Assembly: GCA_965222115.1 (NCBI GenBank)
Contig: CBDCTJ010000007.1
Coordinates: 928,001 to 992,000, forward strand
Reading direction: 5' to 3'
DNA length: 64,000 nucleotides
Origin: Planctomycetota bacterium
GTDB lineage: Bacteria > Planctomycetota > PLA2 > JAEUHO01
Positions within the stretch are counted from its first letter, which is position 1. Each line of letters opens with the position of its first letter. The notes under the pieces are model-generated. The model ran no database searches. It was not told where the DNA came from and saw only the letters and a program-made list of their open reading frames with translations. The translations under genes and the position numbers were made by a program. Below, one piece after another: positions 1 to 9,201 of this stretch.

Positions 1-1
1 A

Positions 2-397
2 GAACTACCGCGCATTGAGGCCATGGCCCGCAAGGTCAATGCCGTACACGGCGACAAAGCGCCCGAGATGCTCGGCGGTATCCTTGAGACGTTCGTCGCG
101 CTCAAGAACGAGCTGCAGAGTCACATGATGAAAGAGGAGCAGATTCTCTTTCCCATGATTGTGAGCGGTCGCGGCGGCATGGCAATGGGCCCCATCAGTG
201 TCATGCGTCACGAGCACGACGACGCGGGCACCATGCTGGGGAAACTGCGCGACCTCACGAATAACTACGAAGTCCCCGACGGCGCCTGCAACACCTGGCG
301 CGCTCTTTGGCACGGTCTCGCCGACCTCGAGCGCTCCCTCCACGAGCACATCCACCTCGAAAACAACATCCTCTTCCCCCGCGCGTTGGGGGCGTAG
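2..397 (+). CDS. ric: Iron-sulfur cluster repair di-iron protein (Ric/YtfE/ScdA), 3' part; 5' end lies outside the window
   Basis: Frame is open from position 2 (ELPRIEAMARKV...). Hemerythrin-type motifs HMMKEEQILFP, MRHEHDDAG and HIHLENNILFP, plus PDGACNTWRAL. Confidence 0.9.
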   Translation, partial: ELPRIEAMARKVNAVHGDKAPEMLGGILETFVALKNELQSHMMKEEQILFPMIVSGRGGMAMGPISVMRHEHDDAGTMLGKLRDLTNNYEVPDGACNTWRALWHGLADLERSLHEHIHLENNILFPRALGA

Positions 398-407
398 GGG
401 TACACCT

Positions 408-492
408 CGGTGCCAGGCACGCCGACGTACCCTTTTGAAGGCATATCCTTCCAAAAAAACGTCATCGCGGTGCCTGGCACGCAGTCGTACCC
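408..492. repeat. Two 25-bp imperfect direct repeats (408-432, 468-492) with near-palindromic core GTGCC(A/T)GGCAC flanking a 35-bp spacer that contains a hairpin; REP-like
   Basis: cggtgccaggcacgccgacgtaccc vs cggtgcctggcacgcagtcgtaccc (22/25 identical). Spacer contains tttt-gaagg-catat-ccttc-c-aaaa. Lies between convergent genes. Confidence 0.7.
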
Positions 493-493
493 A

Positions 494-3154
494 CTACGGC
501 AACCGCACCGTCAATGTTCCAACGTTGGGTGTTGTTTTGACGATGGTGGATTTGCCGTCGCTGACGTAGCGGATGGAGAGTTCGCCGTTGATCGATTTGT
601 TGACGGCAATCACGAACTCGCCCTTGTGATTCACACGGGAACTGCTCACCAAACGTCCGGCGTGGTTAATGTAGAGCACGCCGCTGGTTACGGGTTTGTC
701 GTTGGCGTCGAGAACGTTTCCTTGAATACGTTGTCCGGAAACGAGATCGAGATTGATCGTCTGATCGCCGGGGACGGCGGTAATGGGATCGGGTGCGCAC
801 CACGGACGCGCGACCGTGGTGTAGTAAAACGCCTCCACGCGCGTGGGAATGCTTGGGAGGTCAGTAAAGGTCACCTCACCGTTGCTGTTCGTGCGCCAAC
901 TTGTCTGCTTTGCTTTCGGCGAGGGGTGCAGGCGAATGGGGACATTGGCGACGGGGTCACCGGTCGGTGAGAGCACGCGCACCGTGAGGCCCTGATCGGT
1001 CTCTTGCTGCTTTGCGCGCAAGACAATGTTCTTGCTCCCCGCTTGCACGGCCCGCGCTTCGGCGTAAAGCGTTTCACGGTCATCGTGCGCTCGATACTCC
1101 TTGACCAACAGCAGGTCAACGACGTCCTCACGCGGCAGCGCAATCGAAAACGTGCCGTCGTTCTTTGTAAACACGCTTCGAACTCGCTTGCCGTCCTTCT
1201 CGATTGTAATGGCGGCTTGGGCAACCGGTTTTCCAGCGCTGTCGAGGGCCGTACCGGATGTCGTGGCGGCAGCGTGTAGCACAACCGTGACATCCGTCTC
1301 ATCGATGCCGAGCGTGCGCGGACGAACGGGCGCAAAGGAAGCGTCTTTCGGCGGCGAAATCTCCACCTTTGTCATCGCCGGTGTTGCCAAGAATGTCACA
1401 ACGCCCTTGGCGTTGGTCTGCCTCTTGAACAGCGGCGTGCGCCCCGACCCAGGAATCACGACCGTGGTTTCGGGGACTGCGCGGTCGTCGTCGCTAACGA
1501 CGCGAATCGTGACGTTTCGAAATGTCTTGGATACCAAACGTACATGAGTCTCTTCCGTGCTATCGGACACATGAACCTCATGGTAGTCCGACGTTACCTG
1601 GCGCACCTCCGCCAGCACGGCTGTAAGCACGTGTTCGCCGGGTCCAATGCCCCCAATCTGAAAGCGACCCTGGGCATCTGTAGTGAATCCTCCACTGGCG
1701 CAGAACCATGCGTTCCTCGATTGAAATGGGCGCGGCGGGGGTTCATTCGCATCGCGTAGACTGAGCGAGGCATTGGCAATGGGCGAGCCGGACTTTGATA
1801 CGAGCACGCCCGTAAGGGTGCGCCCCTTGACCAGCGAAACGTCGCCCATGTCTATCGAAGCGTCGTCTGAGCGCGAGACACGTACTTCGAGGCGCGCGAA
1901 TTCTTGCGCCGAAATGTGAATGCGATGGGGTCGGTTGAAGGGAAGTGATGTGAATGCAAATTGCCCCTCGGCGTCGGTTTGGGTTCGCTCATAGGAAAGG
2001 GAGGCGTGTGAACGCCCCGGTCGCCCAACAATCACGCCCTTGTTATTCGCGTGGACTATAACGTTTGGCACCGGCGTGCCGTTGGGCGCAACGACGCGCC
2101 CCGTTAGGCGTTGCCCCGGTTCAAGCGCAATGTCAATGTTGTTCGCGTCGGTCGCCTCGCCCTCACTGATGACATGGACGCGCGTTCCCACATACCCCGG
2201 TGCTTGCACCACAACGCTCACCAAGCCGCGGCTCTTGCTGGGCCATGTATCTATCGCGAAGCTGCCTTCTGCATCACTAACCACGTAACGGTCTTCCGAG
2301 GGCGCGAAACGCGAGATCGACACACGCGCACCCGCGATGGGTTCGCCGGTTTCTTTGTTTCGTACCGTGCCGTTTCGGGTAATCGCCTCTTGGAGTCGGA
2401 TGGTGTGTTTTGTTACACCTCGTCGCTGAAGTCGGCGCGGTCGCCGTACCGCGGTGGCCCAACCGGGTCGGATGGTGTGGAGACGAACCGAATACAGTCT
2501 CGCGGCCGGAATGCGCGCAAACACGATGTCGCCTGCAGGATCGGTCGTGCCGGTCTCTCGAAACCAGAGGTAGTTTGACGTCCAGCCAAAGGCAGTAACA
2601 ACGGCGCCCGGAACAGGTTTTCGATCCGGGTCAACCACCGACACATGCAGCGCCTGCGGGCGCGTAAGTTCAAGTCGATGCTGTGAACCAGCACGAAACG
2701 GACCGAAACAAGTTCGCGCATAGCCGGGTGCGCCGATGCGAAGGCATACAGCGTCGTGCGCTCCTGTTGCCACGACAAACTCGCCCTCACGGTCCGTCGT
2801 TGTTTCTGCATGAGGATCGTCAAGCGCATCCGATCCTCCACGTACTGAAAATTCGTCGCCAACGTGAATGGCCTCAACGCGTGCGCCGCGCAATTGCTCG
2901 CCGAATGCGTTCACCACCAAGCCCGCGACTGAACCGGAGTGGTCCCCCGCATCAAGATCGACATTCTCGCCCACCTGTGGTGCATCAGGGTTTACGCGCA
3001 GCGTGGGTGATGCCGCGGGCTCTTGCGATGCCGATGGCGCTTCTCGTTCAGCAACATCGTTGGCGGTCTCCGAATTCGAATCGTTGAGCACATGCATCGA
3101 GCCCCACACCGCGACTCCGGCCAACGTCACCAGCAAAACGCCTCGAAGTCGCAC
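494..3154 (-). CDS. Membrane-anchored protein with multiple carboxypeptidase-regulatory-like (Cna-B/transthyretin-like) repeats
   Basis: 886-aa ORF with N-terminal TM. Repeated 'GxVxxxxGxPxxGAxV ... TDxxGxF' units. AAGGAG SD upstream on the minus strand. Confidence 0.85.
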   Translation of the reverse strand: MRLRGVLLVTLAGVAVWGSMHVLNDSNSETANDVAEREAPSASQEPAASPTLRVNPDAPQVGENVDLDAGDHSGSVAGLVVNAFGEQLRGARVEAIHVGDEFSVRGGSDALDDPHAETTTDREGEFVVATGAHDAVCLRIGAPGYARTCFGPFRAGSQHRLELTRPQALHVSVVDPDRKPVPGAVVTAFGWTSNYLWFRETGTTDPAGDIVFARIPAARLYSVRLHTIRPGWATAVRRPRRLQRRGVTKHTIRLQEAITRNGTVRNKETGEPIAGARVSISRFAPSEDRYVVSDAEGSFAIDTWPSKSRGLVSVVVQAPGYVGTRVHVISEGEATDANNIDIALEPGQRLTGRVVAPNGTPVPNVIVHANNKGVIVGRPGRSHASLSYERTQTDAEGQFAFTSLPFNRPHRIHISAQEFARLEVRVSRSDDASIDMGDVSLVKGRTLTGVLVSKSGSPIANASLSLRDANEPPPRPFQSRNAWFCASGGFTTDAQGRFQIGGIGPGEHVLTAVLAEVRQVTSDYHEVHVSDSTEETHVRLVSKTFRNVTIRVVSDDDRAVPETTVVIPGSGRTPLFKRQTNAKGVVTFLATPAMTKVEISPPKDASFAPVRPRTLGIDETDVTVVLHAAATTSGTALDSAGKPVAQAAITIEKDGKRVRSVFTKNDGTFSIALPREDVVDLLLVKEYRAHDDRETLYAEARAVQAGSKNIVLRAKQQETDQGLTVRVLSPTGDPVANVPIRLHPSPKAKQTSWRTNSNGEVTFTDLPSIPTRVEAFYYTTVARPWCAPDPITAVPGDQTINLDLVSGQRIQGNVLDANDKPVTSGVLYINHAGRLVSSSRVNHKGEFVIAVNKSINGELSIRYVSDGKSTIVKTTPNVGTLTVRLP

Positions 3155-3468
3155 GGCACTCTCTCCTTCGTTGCGACCACCGTAGTGCGATTCGCTTCGT
3201 CACACAACCGCGCGTCGCGATTCTTGTCCTCGCGGTGTCATGGCCGTGACGTCATCGCTCATTTTGCGCAGGTGGAGAAATAACTTTGAGAACAACGTCG
3301 CGTTCGCCCGGTCGAACCTCGGCGCGTACCTGTTACCTCCTCGCCACTTCTGCGTAGTGCTGTGTAGACGACCCACTACGTCAGTTACGTGCCATGCCTG
3401 TCGCCATATGGGCGAGGCGGCACCGGGCGGGTGGGACGTCACACCGACCGCATCAAGGAGTGTGTGAC

Positions 3469-5733
3469 ATGCAAGGGCAACGAGTATTCGTGAGGGCCGG
3501 CGTCTTCGCGCTGGTCATTTTGAGCGGTGGATGCGGCGGTGGCACTACTGACGAGCCGTCGCCGTTCTCTACGGCTGAGTTCCAAAAGGCGGCGCCAGGC
3601 ATCCACGGCGGTGGACACATTGGCAAGACCCCGAATGCCGCGCAAATGGTGACCATCTGCAACGCCATCGACATCCTTTGGCGTATGGGACTACAACCCA
3701 ACTTGCGCCGTACGCAACGGGGCGCCAAATACCGCAAGGCCGCGCGCGTCTTGCACCAGATGAAAGTGACGGGGCGATTGGCGTACGAGTGTGGTGCCGG
3801 GTATGTACCTGCGCTCGCTTGGTGCATGCGCGATCGACGGGCGTCCAAACGCGGGGATCGCATCAATGTAACTGCGCGAGGGTTGCGCAAGAGTCCGGCG
3901 TCTTTAGCTGGCGTACTCTTTCATGAGTACATTCACGCGTGCCAGGGCTACAGCAATGGCTTTCCCCGGTCGCCGCAGGGAAGGAACGGGTACCGCATAG
4001 AGCTTTGCGCCTATTGGCGACAGTACTGCTTCCTTCGTGACGCGCAGGCGGCGGGCCACGATGTCAGTGATTCAATCAACATGTGGCGTGGGCACTACGG
4101 CGGTCAATACGACTTTCCGTCGCTCTACGATGCCGACCCGCTGACCTACCCTGACCGTAGAAACGCGTGCTGGCGCTGTGATCGCCGCAGACGCGGTGGC
4201 CGCGTTTGGCGGTTTGGTGCCCTGTCGATCGACACGTCGTTTTCGTTCGATGCCAGCGAATCGCAACCCACGATTCGGCAAATGCGTTTCGACGTTGGCA
4301 CTGAGCAAGAGATTGCCAGCGGGCTCGATCGCGTCGACAACATCCTTGCCTATCAGCCTTCGGCGCGCGGCATCGTCTTGCTGGTTGCCGGTGAACAAGG
4401 CAGCGGATACGCCATTCGTCGGTTTGTGGATACCGATGGCGATGGAAACGTTGACGCGAGCAGCGGGGCGACCGTTGTTGGCCGCGGCGTTGGCTTGGGA
4501 TCGATTGGCGGTTTGGCCTGGATACCCAACGTGGCAGGCGATTCTGTCTTCGCGCTCGATGTTGACAATCACGTGATTTATCGGCTGAATGATCAAAGTG
4601 GTGACGGTTTGCCCGACACCTTGGGTGCCGTGTATGCCAATGCCGAAGTGTTCCCAGCGCTTGAGGATGCCGCATCGCTTTCCGTGCATGGCGAATATGG
4701 CGTAACACCGCTCGTACTTGCCGCCTACATGCAGCCGTGGTCGGTGGTCACGTGCGGCTATTGGAGCGGTTTGACGTATATGGAGCTATCGGACAACGAC
4801 GGCGATGGTGCTGCGGGAACTGCAACCGATGTTCTTTCCCAGGACGAAGAAGTGCGCCTGCGTCCGGTTGTTACCAACAGCGTTCACGTAGGTCAGATGA
4901 CTCTGGAAGTTCACGGATCGATTGGCTGCACGTTTGATGTGCGCGCGTTCGAAGCCGCGACCGGGAGCTATTCGGATATCTTGGGATCGTCTGTAAGCAA
5001 CGAAGCCGGATTCGCGACGATTGCACTGAATCGCCCGCTCGTCGGCAGCGATGTGATTGCAGTATTTGATGCCACCAATGAACAGGGCGTTGAGAACATG
5101 ACGGTATCGGCCGATCCCGAGGCCATGGTGTTTGATGCAAGCGAAACGATGGGAAGCCCAAGTGGCGGAACCACCATTACCCTCACCGGCGAAAGTCTAC
5201 CCACGAACGCGTCTGCGACCGTGTGGTTTGATGAAACCGAAGGCGTCGTTGTTTCGCGTAGTGCGGCGTCGTGGGTGGTTCGCTCGCCTGCGTACGTGCT
5301 GCCTGAGGGCCGGATAGCAGTTGCATCCGTTGAGATTCGTCAGCATGGCGAAGACCCCATCGATGCGTCGCACTTCGCCTATGTTCCGTATCGCATGAAT
5401 GGCATTGTGAGCGGTGTCGTCTACATGGATACCAATGAAGACGGAATCCGCGACGACGGCGAGTTCGGGATCCCCGGTGTCGAACTTGAGCTTGTTGACT
5501 TCGGCGATGACGGCGAACAAGGTACGGCAGACGATGAAGTTGTTGCGACACTAAAAACGCGCGCGAACGGCACGTATATGTTCTCGGAATACTTGCCGCC
5601 TGCGTCGTATGTCGTACGCGTGGCGCCCGCGTTACTGCCTAGTGGAGTCGCCATTGGAAGCGGTGGGGGCGAGGCGGTGGTTATCGTTGACGACGGATCC
5701 GTGGTTTCTGGGGTCAATTTCGCGTGTAGGTAG
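3469..5733 (+). CDS. Lipoprotein: HExxH zinc-metallopeptidase-like N domain, Ca-binding DxDGDG motifs, IPT/TIG domain, SdrD-B-like C domain
   Basis: AAGGAG at 3455-3460 before ATG 3469. Lipobox-like LSGGC. FHEYIHA followed by RIELCAY. DTDGDGNVD/DQSGDGLPD/DNDGDGAA. GSPSGGTTITLTGESL (IPT). VSGVVYMDTNEDGIRDDGEFGIPGV (SdrD-B). Confidence 0.8.
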   Translation: MQGQRVFVRAGVFALVILSGGCGGGTTDEPSPFSTAEFQKAAPGIHGGGHIGKTPNAAQMVTICNAIDILWRMGLQPNLRRTQRGAKYRKAARVLHQMKVTGRLAYECGAGYVPALAWCMRDRRASKRGDRINVTARGLRKSPASLAGVLFHEYIHACQGYSNGFPRSPQGRNGYRIELCAYWRQYCFLRDAQAAGHDVSDSINMWRGHYGGQYDFPSLYDADPLTYPDRRNACWRCDRRRRGGRVWRFGALSIDTSFSFDASESQPTIRQMRFDVGTEQEIASGLDRVDNILAYQPSARGIVLLVAGEQGSGYAIRRFVDTDGDGNVDASSGATVVGRGVGLGSIGGLAWIPNVAGDSVFALDVDNHVIYRLNDQSGDGLPDTLGAVYANAEVFPALEDAASLSVHGEYGVTPLVLAAYMQPWSVVTCGYWSGLTYMELSDNDGDGAAGTATDVLSQDEEVRLRPVVTNSVHVGQMTLEVHGSIGCTFDVRAFEAATGSYSDILGSSVSNEAGFATIALNRPLVGSDVIAVFDATNEQGVENMTVSADPEAMVFDASETMGSPSGGTTITLTGESLPTNASATVWFDETEGVVVSRSAASWVVRSPAYVLPEGRIAVASVEIRQHGEDPIDASHFAYVPYRMNGIVSGVVYMDTNEDGIRDDGEFGIPGVELELVDFGDDGEQGTADDEVVATLKTRANGTYMFSEYLPPASYVVRVAPALLPSGVAIGSGGGEAVVIVDDGSVVSGVNFACR

Positions 5734-5829
5734 TCGTCTATCTATTGCCGTGTGGCCTCGGGTGTAGCGCCCGGGGCCGCCATCGACGTTTGGCTCTATA
5801 TTCGCCAGATAGCAAGAAGGTGAGGTTGC

Positions 5830-7689
5830 GTGATGAGCATGAAATCGGTTCTTTTGGGTGTGCTCTGGGTCGCCACGGTAGTTGCCGCCGGGTTCATCGG
5901 ATCAACGCTGGCGTCAGATCGCAGCCATGACGATGCAGGGGCGAATGCTGAGAAGGATCGCATCGAGCGAGACAAGCACGCGGATGCGGCTCCTGCACTC
6001 GTGTCGCAGCAAGACGCAAGCGGCGATCCTAAAACGCACGCATCCAAAGAAGGTGCGTCACCCGCCTCGGCATCTTCAAGGGCAGACACGTCGAACCCAC
6101 CCGAATCGAACCCACCCGAATCGAACCCGTCCGAATCGAATGCATTGGGCGCCGCGGCGTGGATCACGGTTGCTCCACCCGCGACCGCCGATGGCGAACC
6201 GATTCATGGTGTGGTGTATGCCGTTCCCGCCAAAACGAACGGCGACAACGACCTGGCCATGATGTCTCACGCCATCATCGATGGGCGCCGTAACATCGCG
6301 CAGCTTTCGGTGCCCGCAAAGGGCCGCTATGACATTGGATTCGTCCCCAACATGCACGGCTGGTGGACGGTGGTGAACGACATTCAATCTGCGCCCACGC
6401 CACATGAAGAGCCGCAGGTTACGTTGACCGTGCCCAATGACGTCGAACCCATTCGCGTTTCGGTGCCGGCGTTCTCGAGAGATGAGATCGCGCACATTCG
6501 CATCACGGCCCGCAACGTTGTGGATGAACTGCGCGTCATGTATCCCGGGCGTCAGGAGAAGCGCAACTGGGTGGTCGAGCGGGCCACGAATGCCGGCGGC
6601 GACCTAGCCATCTGTCAATGCATGAAGGGCGACGAGGTTGAGCTCCTTGCAAGCATGCAGGTCACGGGTCCCGAAGTGGGCCGCCAGAAGATCTTCTCGA
6701 TTGATCCCAGCCAACTAGGCGCAGAGCGAACCGCGAAGGGTATTTTTGGCAAGCCGGGCCGTTTGAAGATTGTGCTTAGTGACGACAAAGAAACTGTGGC
6801 CCTTCGATTGCGACCCTACGGGCATTGGCGCGTGCGCATGCCCTACATGCCTCCCGCGCCGCCGTTGTTTGCGTTGGCAGGAACCCACGATATCGAATGG
6901 CGAACACAGTCGCGGCGCGGTGTGAAGAAGGGCATTACGCTTAAAGCCGGTGACGTCACAACGGTATCGTTGGATCTCTCATCGGGAGATGCATGGAAGG
7001 CGCCCATTGGCTACTTTGCATCCTTTGAGCAGCCTCAGATTCCGTATAGGCCGTTAGGCAGCGGCGCGCCCGGCGCGGTCCCGCTTGGTGGCATTCCGCC
7101 ACTCACACCACCCGGGATGACGCCGGAGGAACCGGTTGATCCAAGCCAAGTGGTCACGATTCACGTGGATCATCCGGTGGATGGTGCGCCGTCCGATGCG
7201 GCGGCACGTCGGGATATACCGGGCGTACGTAATTGGTCGCAGGCCTTTGTCGATGGCGATACTGGACAGCTCGCGTTGCGCGGTCTTGGAACGCATATCG
7301 CCGTAGTGGTGTCGGTCAATCCAGAGCGTCCTATGACCGAAGCCTACGCTTCGACCTACCACAAAGTAAAGGCAGGCGAATCGTGGAATGCGAAACTCAA
7401 GCGAGGCGGATATCTACACGTTGTTCGTAAGAAGCCCGCGCCGCGCGGTGCCCCCGCACTGCTTTTCGCGCTCAAGAGTGGTGGTCCACTTCCGCGTGTC
7501 ATGGATGAGGCATCGGAAGAGCCGGGTGCCGTTGCGTGGACGGTGTTTGCGCCGATCGAAACGTCGATCACGCTTGGGCCGTTTCAAGAAGGCAAGCACA
7601 CGTTTGAAGCCTATATGGGCAAGTCTCAAGTCGGTCGCTACCCCGTCACCATTCGCTCCGGGGAACTTTCGGTTCTGATCATCAAGTGA
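5830..7689 (+). CDS. Membrane-anchored hypothetical beta-rich protein (probable paralog of 29646-31475)
   Basis: 619-aa ORF with N-terminal TM, low-complexity linker and beta-strand-like segments. Confidence 0.75.
   Translation: MMSMKSVLLGVLWVATVVAAGFIGSTLASDRSHDDAGANAEKDRIERDKHADAAPALVSQQDASGDPKTHASKEGASPASASSRADTSNPPESNPPESNPSESNALGAAAWITVAPPATADGEPIHGVVYAVPAKTNGDNDLAMMSHAIIDGRRNIAQLSVPAKGRYDIGFVPNMHGWWTVVNDIQSAPTPHEEPQVTLTVPNDVEPIRVSVPAFSRDEIAHIRITARNVVDELRVMYPGRQEKRNWVVERATNAGGDLAICQCMKGDEVELLASMQVTGPEVGRQKIFSIDPSQLGAERTAKGIFGKPGRLKIVLSDDKETVALRLRPYGHWRVRMPYMPPAPPLFALAGTHDIEWRTQSRRGVKKGITLKAGDVTTVSLDLSSGDAWKAPIGYFASFEQPQIPYRPLGSGAPGAVPLGGIPPLTPPGMTPEEPVDPSQVVTIHVDHPVDGAPSDAAARRDIPGVRNWSQAFVDGDTGQLALRGLGTHIAVVVSVNPERPMTEAYASTYHKVKAGESWNAKLKRGGYLHVVRKKPAPRGAPALLFALKSGGPLPRVMDEASEEPGAVAWTVFAPIETSITLGPFQEGKHTFEAYMGKSQVGRYPVTIRSGELSVLIIK
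6091..6140 (+). repeat. In-frame 15-bp tandem repeat (about 3.3 copies) encoding SNPPE/SNPSE linker
   Basis: tcgaacccacccgaa x2, then tcgaacccgtccgaa, then tcgaa. Confidence 0.85.
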
Positions 7690-7734
7690 CCGTTGCGCCA
7701 GATCTGCTGAGTACGCAGTAGAGTGTGAGGCGCC

Positions 7735-9174
7735 GTGATGCGTCGCCTCGCCCTCATTGTGTTCTTCGCGCTTGCCGCCTACTCGGCGATCACTGCATTT
7801 CCCGTGATGAGCGCGCGGAGTCCCAGCGAAGCGGAGATTCAGCGCGTTGAGGACATGCTCAATGATCCGGCGCGGCTCAGTGATCTGGATGCGTCGGCGC
7901 GCATTTCCCTGCTTCCGGCGTTGCGAACTGTTCTGCAGCAGTCTCGCAATCGCGTGGTTGAGCATGTGCTTGAACCTGCACAAATGCGACGCGCCGAAGT
8001 TATGGACATCTTGGGCCAGGCATGGATGTTTTTTGCGATGATTGCTGGCGGATTCGTATTCGTGGCCGGAATGTTTGCGGGCAAATCCTCGGGACGCTGG
8101 TGGCGTGCTCTCGTGTATGCGTTGGGTGCAGCACCGCTTTTTGTGTTGGCGTGTTCGTTGCTTTTCGTGCCGTTGTTTGGCGTGCTTGTCATCAATGGTG
8201 CGCTGGCCGAGTCCCTCGATCCGCAACGCGCGTTGGTGGAAGGCATGCACGCCGTACTGCACGAGTCGGCCGATCGATTGTTACTTCAAGAGCCCGCGCC
8301 GCTTGCACCCATGGCTGCGGGCATCACCGCCGACGATCCCATGGCGCTTGAGCGGTTGCGCGATCACTTCCCCAAACTTGCTGAGACGTTTCGCCCGATA
8401 GTTCAGTTGGTACGCACGTGGGTCGCCCTCGGACAATGGATCCCCGCACTGCTCATGCTTGCAACGGCGTTGCTGTTTCTAGTCGGTGTCCGGAGCGTGC
8501 TTCTGGACGTGGGGCGTATGCCTTTACGTGCCGCCCGTGGCGAGCCGAAGCCCCTTCGACGAACGCTTACCGCTGTAGCGCGGACGCTGTGGCGCGAGTT
8601 GGGAACGGCGTTTGTCCTGTGTGTCGTCGTGCTGGCCATGTCGATTCTTGCTGGTGTGGCGGTGCAGGCGCTTGGATGTGGCGGCGTGCGCTGCTTGCTC
8701 GAACAACTCAAACGCGTGAGCGTAGAACTCGCCCATCAAGAGACGCCGGCGTATGGATCCATGGTGGCGGCGCTCAGTGCAGTTCCGGTTGTGCTCATGC
8801 TTGGCATCCTGTTGATTGCCGCGTCGGCGCTTGCGGTCATTCTGAGTGCCCGCAGCGGTCGAAAAGCGCAAGGCGGACGTGCAGGGTTCAAGGCGTCTTG
8901 GCGCTTGATGCGACCCATGGCACAAGTGCAGTGGGTGATTCCAGTCGCCCTGATGGTCGTTGGCAAGTTGGCTCAACGTCAAGCCATCGTCGTTCGTGAC
9001 GCGGCGAAGGCTGATTCGTCTTCAGCGTTCTGGTGGATTCCCATCGGGCTCTTGATGGCCGTGTTGTTGATTGCCTGGCTAGCTCGCATTTGCGATGCGG
9101 TGCGAACGCTATGGCGATCGTGTCGCTCGCTACTCCACGTGGCGCAAACGACCCCCAACTCCAGTCAGCCGTAG
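7735..9174 (+). CDS. Polytopic membrane protein of unknown function
   Basis: 479-aa ORF with about 8 hydrophobic segments; co-oriented with neighbours. Confidence 0.7.
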   Translation: MMRRLALIVFFALAAYSAITAFPVMSARSPSEAEIQRVEDMLNDPARLSDLDASARISLLPALRTVLQQSRNRVVEHVLEPAQMRRAEVMDILGQAWMFFAMIAGGFVFVAGMFAGKSSGRWWRALVYALGAAPLFVLACSLLFVPLFGVLVINGALAESLDPQRALVEGMHAVLHESADRLLLQEPAPLAPMAAGITADDPMALERLRDHFPKLAETFRPIVQLVRTWVALGQWIPALLMLATALLFLVGVRSVLLDVGRMPLRAARGEPKPLRRTLTAVARTLWRELGTAFVLCVVVLAMSILAGVAVQALGCGGVRCLLEQLKRVSVELAHQETPAYGSMVAALSAVPVVLMLGILLIAASALAVILSARSGRKAQGGRAGFKASWRLMRPMAQVQWVIPVALMVVGKLAQRQAIVVRDAAKADSSSAFWWIPIGLLMAVLLIAWLARICDAVRTLWRSCRSLLHVAQTTPNSSQP

Positions 9175-9201
9175 TGCCGCCCTCACAGATGGGGCTACAC
9201 T

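Noticed and set aside
433-459. Bidirectional intrinsic terminator
   Set aside because: The stem is followed by A-runs, not T-runs, on both strands.
408-492. Mini CRISPR array (25-bp repeat plus 35-bp spacer)
   Set aside because: Only two imperfect repeats, the spacer is itself a hairpin, there is no leader and no cas genes in the window.
4168-4182. c-type heme motif in CWRC
   Set aside because: Sequence is CWRCD, lacking the His of CxxCH.
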